Source: a bacterium
GTDB lineage: Bacteria > UBA8248
DNA: 64,000 nt
Assembly: GCA_965199855.1 (NCBI GenBank)
Contig: OZ241326.1
Coordinates: 2,656,001 to 2,720,000 of the forward strand
Direction: 5' to 3'
Of this stretch, positions 1-8,863 are shown in pieces. Both the position numbers and the translations under genes were made by a program. Numbering within the stretch: the first letter of the stretch is position 1; every line of letters begins with the position of its first letter. The notes under the pieces are model-generated. The model saw nothing but the letters and a program-made list of their open reading frames with translations, made no database searches and was not told the origin of the DNA.

Positions 1-1
1 C

Positions 2-364
2 GGGGGAATCAAGAACTTCTACAAGGCGGAGCCCGTGGAGGAGCGGCCGGCCACGCTGGATCACCTGGCCGCCGCCGTCGCCGGCTGACTGACGGGCAAC
101 ATGGGAGGCGCGCTGGAGGCGCGCGGAATCAAGAGCAGTCCCGACAACCTGACGGCGGAGGTCGAGGGCGTCATCGAGAACGTGGACGGCACGGCGCTGG
201 TGACGAAGATCAAGGTCCACTACACGTGCAGGATTCCGAAGGGAAAGCGCTCGGACGCCGAGCGCGCCCTCGCCGTGCACGAGAAGGGCTGTCCGGCCAG
301 CCAGAGCGTGCGGCGCGGCATCGCCGTCGAACTCTCGGCCGACTTCGAGGAAATCGAAGAATAG
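2..364 (+). CDS. OsmC/Ohr-family protein, 5'-partial, probable selenoprotein (UGA at 86-88)
   Basis: Frame is open from base 2: GGIKNFYKAEPVEERPATLDHLAAAVAG-[TGA]-LTGNMGGALEARGI...HEKGCPASQSV. TGA sits where OsmC proteins have the first catalytic Cys; the second Cys (CP) is intact. Confidence 0.8.
108..124 (+). promoter_or_regulatory. Candidate bacterial SECIS apical hairpin
   Basis: GCGCGC-TGGAG-GCGCGC stem-loop; G-containing loop about 25 nt downstream of the UGA. Confidence 0.55.
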
Positions 365-427
365 CGAACCTGAGGGACGAGGCCCCGGGAGCGTCCGCCG
401 TTCCCGGAGCTTCGACGCCCGGCGGCC

Positions 428-643
428 TTACACGAACGGGACGCCGTATCGGCATCGCCTGTCGATTCCCCACGCCATGCGGGCGGAGAAGCCGAGAAGC
501 AGCGCGAGCCAAGCCGCCTGCGTCCAGGCGCCCGGAAGAGGCGCGCCCACCGGGAACATCAGGGAGAAGACGAACGCGCTCGGCGCCGCCCACGCGAACG
601 CGAGATAGGCGAGGATGAGCGACCAGTCCAAAAGCGAGAGCAT
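428..643 (-). CDS. Small hydrophobic membrane protein or internally deleted transporter remnant
   Basis: MLSLLDWSLILAYLAFA... 71 aa, 2-3 hydrophobic stretches; N-terminus resembles sodium:solute symporter starts. Confidence 0.35.
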   Translation of the reverse strand: MLSLLDWSLILAYLAFAWAAPSAFVFSLMFPVGAPLPGAWTQAAWLALLLGFSARMAWGIDRRCRYGVPFV

Positions 644-950
644 GGCTCTTTTCCGCAGGCGCGGGCGGGCCGAAAACGCGCCTTGAGGGGGAGCGGACAG
701 CGCGATATCACCGATGGCGGATGCTTTTCGAGAGTTTTTCCGAAAAACGGAGCATGCCCGAAGCGTTTCGCCGACCACTCCCTTCCCGGTCGAGGACGAC
801 GCCTGAATGACGGGTTCCGAGGCGGCGCGCGCCGGAGGGGAAGCCTCCGTCGTCATCCTCAAGGCGGAGGGAGCGCGGAACCGGGGGCTTCGGCCCTCCC
901 GCCAATGGCGAGGAGAGGAAAGCGCTCTCGCAGGCCGCGCCCGCCTGGCT

Positions 951-3194
951 TCATTCTCCGTTCTTATTCAGGCGGCCCAGCGTCTCCAGCACGTGTTCCG
1001 GCGTGATGGGGATGCGCGTGACGCGCGCCCCAATCGCCTGGCCGACCGCGCAGGCCACCGCCGCCGCCGCCGCCGTGCAGGGAGGCTCCCCGATGCCTTT
1101 CGCCCCGTAGGGCCCCAGCCCCTCGCCCGATTCCAGAACCACGTTGTCCCACTCGGGCGTGTCCGCCGAGGTGGGAATGAGGTAGCCGTGAAACTCGTTG
1201 TTGAGGAGCGCGCCCCTTTCCGTCAGAACCTCCTCGGCCAGGGCGTGGCCGACCCCCATCATCGAGCCGCCCTCGAACTGCCCCTCCACGTGCTGCATGT
1301 TGATGGCCTGGCCGATGTCGTGCCCCGACCAGTAGTTGAGAACGCGAAACTCCCCCGTATCGACGTTCACCTCCACTTCCGCCGCGTGAATCCCGAACAC
1401 GTAGTCCATCCAGCCGCCGGCGTCGCCGTATTGCTCGCTGCCCTCGTATTCGTGGGCGCCGAGCCGCATCTTTCCCACCGTGTGAAGGTCGACGCCCATC
1501 TTCGCGCACTGCGCGGCGGCCTCGGCGAAGCTGACGCCGCGCTCCTCGGCGGCCTTCACGAAAACCCTGCCGTCCAGCGCCACCATATCCTCGGGCGCGG
1601 CCTCGAGCAGCTCCGCCGCCCCGCGAAGGATGCGTTCCTTCAGCTCGACCGAGGCCCGGTGGCAGGAGCCGCCCGATATCATCGTCTGGCGGCTGCCCGC
1701 CGTCACGCCCACGAGCGGGGTGACGTGGGAGTCCGACGTCGTCACCGTCACGTCTTCGAGGGCAACGCCGAGCGTCTCCGCCGCGATCTGGCGGTTCGTC
1801 TGGGTCTGGCCGGCGCCCACGTCCGAGACGCCCGTGCGCACGCTCACGCTGCCGTCGGCGTCGATGGACACATAGACCTCGCCCTCGTTTCTGGGCCTTC
1901 CGTATCCGCCGACGTTGGCGACGACGCCGATGCCCGCGCGCCAGGGGCCATGATCCTTCTCGGGGACGCGGCCCGCCGGGCGGCCGATGAGCGCCCTGGT
2001 CTCCTCCGCCAGCTCCGGCAGCATCACCCGCGAGGGCACGGGCTGCTTCTGCATGAGCGTCGCGCCCTTTTTGATGAAGTTCCTCTCCCGGAACGCCAGG
2101 GGATCCATCCCCAGCCGCGCCGCCAGCTCGTCCATCTGCGCCTCGTAGGCGAAGCACACCTGGTTCGCCCCCACGCCGCGCATCGCCTCGGTGAAGGGGT
2201 TGTTCGTCCTCACGGCGCGGGCGCGGCCCCTGGCATTCGGAATCTCGTAGGGGCCGCCGCTCACCACGAGCGCGCCCAGGAGCAGTCCCCTGCTGTTGGC
2301 CGCGTAGCCTCCCGCGTCGCCGATGATATCGACTTCGATCGCGGTGAGCTTCCCCTCCTTCGTGGCGCCGGTTCTGTATTTCATCACGAAGGGGTGCTTC
2401 TTGCTGCCGGTGTTCATGGTCTCTTCCCTGGAATAGGCCATGCGCACCGGCCGCCCCGTCCTCATCGCCAGCAGCGCCATGAAGGCGCCCAGAAGCGGAT
2501 GCTCCTTTCCGCCGAAGGCGCCGCCCAGCATGGGGCAGTCGTATCGAACGCGGCTGAGAGGCAGGCCGAGGGTTCGCGCCACGTTCTGGTAGTTCTCTAT
2601 CATCTGGGTGGGCGCGCGAACGTTCACCACCCCGCGCTCGTCCACCCAGGCCACCCCGCCTTCGGGCTCGATGAAGGCGTGATCGAGGCAGGCGGAAAAG
2701 TAGTCGTTCTCCACGATCACGTCCGCCGCCGCGAAGCCCGCCGCCGCGTCTCCCTTCTCCGTCTTCCAGTCGCAGATCACCTCGCCCTCCTCGAGGGAGG
2801 CGAAGTCGTAGGCGCCGGAGAACGGCTCGTAAAGCACGTCGACGAGCGCGGCCGCTTCCTCCGCCAGGTCCCGCGTGTCCGCGGCCACGAGCGCGACGGC
2901 GTCGCCGATGTCGGCGACGACGTCCTCGGCGAGCACCGGGAAATCGGGATAGCGGCCCGCGTTTTTCCCCGGAATGTCCTTCGCGGTCAGGACGCAGTGG
3001 ACGCCCGGCAGGGCGAGCGCCCGGCGCGCGTCTATCTTCCGGATCCTCGCCGGCGTCATCGAGGCGCGAACGGCTTTTCCGTATATCTCGCCCGGCAGAT
3101 GAAAATCATCGCCGTAGATGGTGTCGCCGACCGCCTTCGCCAGGGCGTCGTCCTTCGTCGGCGAGGCGCCGACGTGCGTCATCAGGGGCATCAT
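951..3194 (-). CDS. Xanthine dehydrogenase/aldehyde oxidoreductase family molybdopterin-binding subunit
   Basis: 747 aa; HAFIEPE, GGAFGGK, AMRGVG, GQFEGG and GAKGIGEPP motifs. Confidence 0.92.
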   Translation of the reverse strand: MMPLMTHVGASPTKDDALAKAVGDTIYGDDFHLPGEIYGKAVRASMTPARIRKIDARRALALPGVHCVLTAKDIPGKNAGRYPDFPVLAEDVVADIGDAVALVAADTRDLAEEAAALVDVLYEPFSGAYDFASLEEGEVICDWKTEKGDAAAGFAAADVIVENDYFSACLDHAFIEPEGGVAWVDERGVVNVRAPTQMIENYQNVARTLGLPLSRVRYDCPMLGGAFGGKEHPLLGAFMALLAMRTGRPVRMAYSREETMNTGSKKHPFVMKYRTGATKEGKLTAIEVDIIGDAGGYAANSRGLLLGALVVSGGPYEIPNARGRARAVRTNNPFTEAMRGVGANQVCFAYEAQMDELAARLGMDPLAFRERNFIKKGATLMQKQPVPSRVMLPELAEETRALIGRPAGRVPEKDHGPWRAGIGVVANVGGYGRPRNEGEVYVSIDADGSVSVRTGVSDVGAGQTQTNRQIAAETLGVALEDVTVTTSDSHVTPLVGVTAGSRQTMISGGSCHRASVELKERILRGAAELLEAAPEDMVALDGRVFVKAAEERGVSFAEAAAQCAKMGVDLHTVGKMRLGAHEYEGSEQYGDAGGWMDYVFGIHAAEVEVNVDTGEFRVLNYWSGHDIGQAINMQHVEGQFEGGSMMGVGHALAEEVLTERGALLNNEFHGYLIPTSADTPEWDNVVLESGEGLGPYGAKGIGEPPCTAAAAAVACAVGQAIGARVTRIPITPEHVLETLGRLNKNGE

Positions 3195-3218
3195 TTTCTC
3201 CTATGCGGAACGCGGAAG

Positions 3219-4217
3219 CTAGTCCCGAACGGACGAGACCTCCACGACCTCTCCCTCGCGCGCGCTCCGAACGACAGCCTCGAGCACGGCGACGACCTCG
3301 AGCCCCTCGGGGCCGCCCGTCTCGGGCGTCGCCTCTCCCCGGACGCATCGGCAGAATTCGCCCATCTCGTCCGCCAGGGCGTCTCCGCCCGCGACCTCGA
3401 CCTCGCTCAGCGCCTCCTCGCCCACCTTGGCCACGCGCAGTCTTCCGCCCTCCTCGGTGCTGTAGGCGCGCATCTTCGTGCCGAAGGCGGCGGTGTCGCA
3501 GATTTTGGGAATGACGAACGTGGTGCCGATGTAGCCCAGCGGCCCGCTCTCGTATTCGATGATGACGCTCGTCGTGTCGTCGAGGTTCGTCTTGCCCAGC
3601 AGCTTCTTGCTGAACGCGCACACCCTCTTGGCGGGGCCGGCGAGATACTGCAGGTTGTCGATCATGTGGACGCCCAGGCCCGTCATCGAGCCCGCGGGGC
3701 ATTCCTCCGCGTCGTTGCGCCAGCCCTGCTTGGGCTCGAATCCCATCGGGAGCGAGAGGTTCGCCTCCAGCTGGTGGAGCATCCCCAGCTCGCCCGCGTC
3801 TATCATCTCCCTGATCCTCCGGTTGGCGCCGAAGCGGCGGCGATGATGCCCCACCTGAAGGGTTACGTTCGCCTCCGAGGTCGCCGCAATCGCCTTTCTG
3901 GCCTCGGAGACCGTCAGGGTGAGCGGCTTCTCCACGAAAACGTGCTTGCCGGCCGAGGCGGCCTCGGAAATCATGTCCGGATGCGTGGAATGGGGCGTGG
4001 CGACGAGGACGCCCTCCACCTCCGGGTCGCTCCACACCTCGTCCAGGCTGGCCGCCGCCCGGCAGCCGTATTTTTCGGAAAACGCCTTGCGGGCGTCCGC
4101 GCCGCGCGCGAAGCCCGAAACCACCTCGCCCGCGCCGCTACGGTTCACCGCCTCCGCCAGAACGCCGCCCCACCAGCCAAGCCCGATAGAGGCCAGGCGC
4201 ACCTTGTCGTTCGCCAT
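3219..4217 (-). CDS. Gfo/Idh/MocA family oxidoreductase
   Basis: IGLGWWG Rossmann motif, ATPHSTH, GKHVFVEKP, GVHMID. Confidence 0.92.
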   Translation of the reverse strand: MANDKVRLASIGLGWWGGVLAEAVNRSGAGEVVSGFARGADARKAFSEKYGCRAAASLDEVWSDPEVEGVLVATPHSTHPDMISEAASAGKHVFVEKPLTLTVSEARKAIAATSEANVTLQVGHHRRRFGANRRIREMIDAGELGMLHQLEANLSLPMGFEPKQGWRNDAEECPAGSMTGLGVHMIDNLQYLAGPAKRVCAFSKKLLGKTNLDDTTSVIIEYESGPLGYIGTTFVIPKICDTAAFGTKMRAYSTEEGGRLRVAKVGEEALSEVEVAGGDALADEMGEFCRCVRGEATPETGGPEGLEVVAVLEAVVRSAREGEVVEVSSVRD

Positions 4218-4362
4218 TTTCGATCCCTCGTTTGTTGAATGGATGAGTTCCCGGCGCCTCCCGGACGCCGCGCGGCTTCATGCGGGACGCACCATAAACC
4301 AATCGCGGGCGATTGAAAAGCGAGAGAGGGGAATCGAGCCGCCGAGACCCGAAAAATGGCGC

Positions 4363-4395
4363 AAAAAAAAACCCCCTCCCCTTTCGGGGAGGAGG
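4363..4395 (-). terminator. Rho-independent terminator
   Basis: Minus strand CCTCCTCCCC-GAAA-GGGGAGGGGG followed by T9. Confidence 0.85.
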
Positions 4396-4516
4396 CTCTC
4401 GCATGGGAGGGAGACGCGAGAGAATGATGCCGTGGCGGAGGAGCGCCGACCCGATCAGCCACTCCTCGCGCCGGCCAGTCAGGGCGTGCCGCCTATGAAC
4501 GCCCCGACCAGCGTTC
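4363..4516 (-). ncRNA. Candidate sigma-54-dependent small RNA with four hairpins
   Basis: Lies between a -24/-12 promoter and an intrinsic terminator; three stems with G-U pairs on the minus strand; one loop is CUCCCUCCC. Confidence 0.65.
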
Positions 4517-4526
4517 CTTCATTGAT

Positions 4527-4542
4527 AGCAAGAGTCGTGCCA
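4527..4542 (-). promoter_or_regulatory. Sigma-54 (-24/-12) promoter
   Basis: Minus strand TGGCACGACTCTTGCT matches consensus TGGCACGnnnnTTGCW exactly. Confidence 0.85.
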
Positions 4543-4607
4543 TTTTTGATTATCACATAACTTCTTGCGTATCAACGATATAAAGAGGAGAGGCGCATGA
4601 GCGGAAT

Positions 4608-4651
4608 TGCCATTTTGTCACGCATGAGCCGCCCGAAGCGACAAATCGTCA
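4608..4651. promoter_or_regulatory. Pair of putative enhancer-binding-protein sites
   Basis: TGCCATTTTGTCA (4608-4620) and CGACAAATCGTCA (4639-4651), both near-palindromic TGACA-N3-TGTCA, 31 bp apart; IHF-like TATCAACGATATA at 4570-4582. Confidence 0.5.
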
Positions 4652-5293
4652 TGGCGCGCCGCTCCCGGCGGAGGATGCGGCCGCCGGCGTCCGCTCCCGC
4701 CGTGAACCGGAGAGGCTGGCGGGAAGCCCTTCCAGCGCATACCGGACGGCGGCTTTCATCTCGTCCCCCCGGGAAAACGCCGTCGCCCCTCGCGCCTCCG
4801 ATTTCCACACCACCGCCCCGGAGCCGACGTCCACGAGGCGCACCCGCACCCACGCCGCGCACGATTCGATGCCGCCGCACCGCCGCGCGCCCCCGGCGAA
4901 GATGACGGCCTGCGCCTTCGCCTTCCGCAGCGAAAGCAGGCGGGCTTTCGTAAGCTCCTCCCCGGGGCGAGACGCATCGCCCGCTTTCGCGCTTCCCGGA
5001 TCTCCCGGCCATGGAACCGGCTCGTAGCCCTTGGCGGCGAGGGCGTCCCGAATCAGGAACGCGCCTTCGAGCGACTCGATTTTCCTGCCGTCGGGCGCCT
5101 TCAGGCCCGCCTGCTCGTAGATGGCGCGAAAAAGCCCCGTCCAGTCGCTCGCGTAGCGAAAAGGGGCTACGGCGACGCGCCTGAGCGTCCGTATCCTTTC
5201 CGGGCTGGCGACCCCCTGGACTCTCGAAACCTGATACGCGCAGCCCGAAGCGAGGAGGAGAAGAACGAGCAGCGGGCGGAATCGACGCCGCAT
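4649..5293 (-). CDS. Putative lipoprotein (CsgG/GNA1162-like fold possible)
   Basis: MRRRFRPLLVLLLLASGC lipobox; RVAVAPF and VRVRLVDVGSGAVVWK motifs. Start reassigned to ATG 5293. Confidence 0.65.
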   Translation of the reverse strand: MRRRFRPLLVLLLLASGCAYQVSRVQGVASPERIRTLRRVAVAPFRYASDWTGLFRAIYEQAGLKAPDGRKIESLEGAFLIRDALAAKGYEPVPWPGDPGSAKAGDASRPGEELTKARLLSLRKAKAQAVIFAGGARRCGGIESCAAWVRVRLVDVGSGAVVWKSEARGATAFSRGDEMKAAVRYALEGLPASLSGSRRERTPAAASSAGSGAP

Positions 5294-6042
5294 CACCGTA
5301 GCCACGCGCCGGGATTCCAGTCCCGCAGGATTCGCCCCAGCCAGCCGAGCGCGAACGCATACGCCTCCCAACCCTCGCGCCAGATGGCCTGGAGATAGGA
5401 AGCCGCCGCCGCCCAGCCCCCCGTCGAGACGAGCGCCGCGCCGCCGATGAACACCATCCCCCAGAAGAAGATGAACGCCCAGGAAAAAATCCGCCCGCCG
5501 CGCGCGACGTCGGGCTGCGCCGTCCCGAGCGCCCGGAAGGTCATCAGCGCGTGCAGGCAGAGCGTGAGGCCGGCGAGGAACGCCGTCGCCCAGCGAATCC
5601 GCTCGTCGCCGAACGCCCAGCCGATGAGGGTTCCCAGAACCAGCGCCCCCATCGTGAGCAGGGGGAAAAAATAAGGCGCCAGGGTGACGACGGGGTTCGT
5701 GCCGCTCAGACCCACCTTCCCGCCGCCCCGGTTCACCTCGAAGGAGTTCACCTTCTTGCCCGTCAGCAGGCCGAACGCCAGATGCGTGAACTCGTGCGCG
5801 AAGGTGTAGAGGAACTCGGGCGGCCGGAGCCGGTGCCAGACGGCGTAGATCGCCGCGCCCGCAAGGAAGGCCCAGCCCTCGGGCGCAGGCGCGGGCAGGC
5901 CGGCGACTGGCGCCCCCGAGAGAAAGGCGGACGGGAATACCCGGAAAAAAGAAAGCGCGGCCGCCCAGCAGGCGGGCAGCAGGAGCGCGGAGATCAGCCA
6001 GACCAGGGGTCGGCCCAGAATTTTTTTCAGGAGCGCCGTCAT
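5293..6042 (-). CDS. Membrane zinc metalloprotease, M50/M50B-like
   Basis: AHEFTH (HExxH), LAPYFFP, several TM segments. Confidence 0.75.
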   Translation of the reverse strand: MTALLKKILGRPLVWLISALLLPACWAAALSFFRVFPSAFLSGAPVAGLPAPAPEGWAFLAGAAIYAVWHRLRPPEFLYTFAHEFTHLAFGLLTGKKVNSFEVNRGGGKVGLSGTNPVVTLAPYFFPLLTMGALVLGTLIGWAFGDERIRWATAFLAGLTLCLHALMTFRALGTAQPDVARGGRIFSWAFIFFWGMVFIGGAALVSTGGWAAAASYLQAIWREGWEAYAFALGWLGRILRDWNPGAWLR

Positions 6043-6180
6043 CGAGCCTCGCCTTCATGTTTTTCGCCGCCGATCCGGATCATAGCGCATCATCGTCCGC
6101 ATCCCATCCCCGCGCGGCGGAAAATACCCGAAAACGCCCTGTCGCCCGAAAAGCGCTGACAACGGGACGCGGGAGGCTTG

Positions 6181-6202
6181 CATTTAACCAGATGATTAAA
6201 TG
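6181..6202. promoter_or_regulatory. Palindromic operator, probably for the ArsR-family regulator
   Basis: CATTTAA-CCAGATGA-TTAAATG inverted repeat at the start of the ArsR-like gene. Confidence 0.5.
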
Positions 6203-6545
6203 TAAAATGCGCCACGAAAGCGCCCCCAACGATCAGGAAGCCCGCGGCGGCCTCGCCCGGCGGGCCATCCTCTCACGGCTTTCCCGGGGAGAGGTCACCG
6301 TCACGGGTCTGGGCCGCCCCGTTTCGCATCTCGCTTCCGGCCGTCTTGAAGCGCCTGCGCGCACTGGAGCGGGCCGGCCTCGCGCGCCGGGAGAAGCGGG
6401 GGCGCGTCCATCGCCTCCGTCCGCGCGCCGCGCCGATGAAAAAGGCGTCCGAATGGCTTGATTTCCATCGACAATTCCGGGAGGGGCGACTGGAAAGCCT
6501 CGCCCGGCATCTCGATGAAGCGCCCGGGGAGGAAACGAAGACATG
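6192..6545 (+). pseudogene. ArsR/SmtB-family regulator, frameshifted
   Basis: RRAILSRLSRGEVTVTGL in one frame continues as AAPFRISLPAVLKRLRALERAGLARREKRGRVH in another; one extra G near 6310-6313. Confidence 0.7.
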
Positions 6546-6986
6546 CCCGAATCAAAACTCTCCCTGCGAATCAGGCGAACCTTTCGCGCCGCGCGAGAGG
6601 AGCTCTTCGCCGCGTGGACGCAAGAGGAGGGACTGAAGCAGTGGTGGGGGCCGAAAGGGTTCACGACCCCCAAGGTGGAGATGGATTCGAGGGTCGGCGG
6701 GAAATACCGCGTCGAGATGCAACCGCCAGAGGGGGAATCGTTCCATCTGAACGGGGAGTTCCTCGAAATCACGCCCCCGGAGCGGCTCGTCTGCGTCTTT
6801 CAATGGGAGAGGGGGGACTGGGAATATCCCGAAACCCTGCTCACTGTGGAGTTTCTCGAGCGCGGGGACGGCGCCGAGCTCCTCCTCACCCACGAGGGAT
6901 TCCCGGACGAGAACATGCGCGAGGAGCATGAAACGGGCTGGGGCGAGTGTCTGGATCGGCTCCGCGACAGCCTGGGGAGCGCATGA
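6543..6986 (+). CDS. SRPBCC/AHSA1-like (START-fold) protein
   Basis: RRTFRAAREELFAAWT...WWGP...GGKYR...PPERLV...HETGWGECLDRL. Confidence 0.88.
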   Translation: MPESKLSLRIRRTFRAAREELFAAWTQEEGLKQWWGPKGFTTPKVEMDSRVGGKYRVEMQPPEGESFHLNGEFLEITPPERLVCVFQWERGDWEYPETLLTVEFLERGDGAELLLTHEGFPDENMREEHETGWGECLDRLRDSLGSA

Positions 6987-7091
6987 GGGGCGGGCGAGGA
7001 TTCGCGTCCTCATCAAGGCGGGAAGACGACTCCGCCGGGCCGATAAGGCGCGGGCGCATCCGCGCGCGACGGGCGGAAGCGGAAATCTACC

Positions 7092-8114
7092 CTACGCCAG
7101 CTCGGCCTTGAGCGGCCTCGACATGAGGGCGCGCAAGGCGTCCTGGGGCTTGCGCCCCTCGAAGAGGACGGCGCGCGTCTCCCGGCAGATCGGCATCTCC
7201 ACGCCGAACTTCTCCGCCAGCCCCACGGCGGCGGGCGCGGTGGAGACGCCCTCGGCGACGGCCGTCATGGATTCGAGGATTTCCTCCAGAGGCTCGCCGC
7301 GCCCCAGCCGCAGCCCGACGGTTCTGTTCCGGCTCAGATCGCCCGCGCAGGTGAGCGTCAGATCGCCCATTCCCGAGAGGCCGGCGAACGTCTCCGCGCG
7401 CGCGCCCATCGCCGCGCCCAGCCGCCCGATTTCCGCCAGGCCGCGCACGATGAGCGCCGCCCGCGCGTTGTGGCCGAGCTCCAGGCCGTCCGCCACGCCA
7501 GCCGCCAGCGCGATGACGTTCTTGAGCGCCCCGCCGAGCTGCGCGCCCGTGGGGTCGCCGCTCGCGTAGATTCGAAAGCAGGGCGCGGAGAGCGCCTTCT
7601 GAATCGCCTCCGCCGCGCCGGAATCCCCGGACGCCGCCGTGATGGCCGCGGGCTTTCTCTCCGCGAGCTCCCGGGCGAAGGTGGGCCCCGAGAGACAGAC
7701 GAGCGCCCGACGCCCGACGCCCGCCTCATCGAGGCATTGCGCGATCACCTGGGTGGGCAGGAGCAGGGCGTCCTCCTCCACCCCCTTGGTGGCGCTGACG
7801 AGAATCGTCTCCTCGTGCAGCGCGGGCGCGAGCCTCCGCCACACCCCCCGCATCGCGCGGCTCGGCATGACGCCCGCGAGAACGTCCTGGCCCGCCGAGG
7901 CGGCCTCCGCGAGATCGGAGGTGAACCGCAAATTTTCATGCAGGGCGACGCCGGGGAGATAGAGGTCGTTCTCGCGGCGCGAGGCCATGCGGGCGCGAAG
8001 ATCGGCCTCGAAGACCCAGAGGGTCACCTCGTGGCCGCTTTCCGCGAACAGGTCCGCCAGCGCCGTCCCCCAGGCGCCGGCGCCGATGACGGCGACGCGC
8101 TGCGGCGTCATCAT
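7092..8114 (-). CDS. gpsA: NAD(P)H-dependent glycerol-3-phosphate dehydrogenase
   Basis: GAGAWGTALA, ATKG, SGPTFA, GGALKNVIA, GDLTLTC...SRN. Start at MMTPQ (8114). Confidence 0.95.
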   Translation of the reverse strand: MMTPQRVAVIGAGAWGTALADLFAESGHEVTLWVFEADLRARMASRRENDLYLPGVALHENLRFTSDLAEAASAGQDVLAGVMPSRAMRGVWRRLAPALHEETILVSATKGVEEDALLLPTQVIAQCLDEAGVGRRALVCLSGPTFARELAERKPAAITAASGDSGAAEAIQKALSAPCFRIYASGDPTGAQLGGALKNVIALAAGVADGLELGHNARAALIVRGLAEIGRLGAAMGARAETFAGLSGMGDLTLTCAGDLSRNRTVGLRLGRGEPLEEILESMTAVAEGVSTAPAAVGLAEKFGVEMPICRETRAVLFEGRKPQDALRALMSRPLKAELA

Positions 8115-8689
8115 CCCGCGCGGCGCGGCTTTCGCTTCGCCGGCTTTTTCGCGGAGGCGAACTTCGCGGCCGCCCTCTTCTCCGCCAGCGCCCGCCTGCG
8201 CGCCGCCTCGCCTCGGGCGGCGGCCTTTTCGCCGGCCGCCGTGTTCGCCTCCCACTTCAGCCTGTGCCTGAGGTGCTTCTCCTCCTCCCACTCGTGCTGC
8301 GTCCCCTCGCCCATGAACACGACGAACACCTCGCAGCCGTCGGGGTATTCATAGGGGCCGTGCGGCAGGTCCCACCCGAACACGTAGTCGCCCGGCCGCA
8401 AATCCTTGCCCGCCACGCACATTCTGCCCTTCGTGACGAGAATCGAATGCCAGCTTCCGTGCGTGTGCCGGGGCTCCACGTAGCCCTTGGGAAACTTCAC
8501 CTTCATGTCGATGCGCTTCATCACCGGATCGTGGGCGAAAATCTTCACCTTCACCCCCTTGGGCAGGGTGAGGAGATCGCCGCTCACGTCCTCGCGCCAC
8601 TCGACCTCCCCGTCGTGGATGGCGCGGAAGCGGTGGTCGAAATCCTTGGCCGCGGTCTTCTTTCTGGTCGTCGTCTTCTTCGCCGGCAT
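8111..8689 (-). CDS. Cupin-domain protein with basic tails
   Basis: PRHTHGSWH...GDYV...PHGPY cupin motifs. Confidence 0.75.
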   Translation of the reverse strand: MPAKKTTTRKKTAAKDFDHRFRAIHDGEVEWREDVSGDLLTLPKGVKVKIFAHDPVMKRIDMKVKFPKGYVEPRHTHGSWHSILVTKGRMCVAGKDLRPGDYVFGWDLPHGPYEYPDGCEVFVVFMGEGTQHEWEEEKHLRHRLKWEANTAAGEKAAARGEAARRRALAEKRAAAKFASAKKPAKRKPRRAG

Positions 8690-8863
8690 GTTTTCTCTCC
8701 ATGAAAGCGCCTGAGAAATTCACGATGCGGACGCCTCGCCCGCGCGGTCTCCCTCGAAAACCCTGAAAAGCAATTCCCCCCGGCCGCGCGAGTCCCCGAA
8801 CGGACGCCTCCACGGCGCTCCCCCGCCCCGGCCTCCGGAAGCGCGTTGTCTGAAAAGGCGCGC

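Noticed and set aside
807-4238. 1143-aa plus-strand ORF, and similar long ORFs at 11145-12626, 27549-29819, 33864-36062, 42909-45350, 54652-57384 and 59343-61274
   Set aside because: Antisense shadows of well-supported genes in high-GC DNA, with no recognisable motifs.
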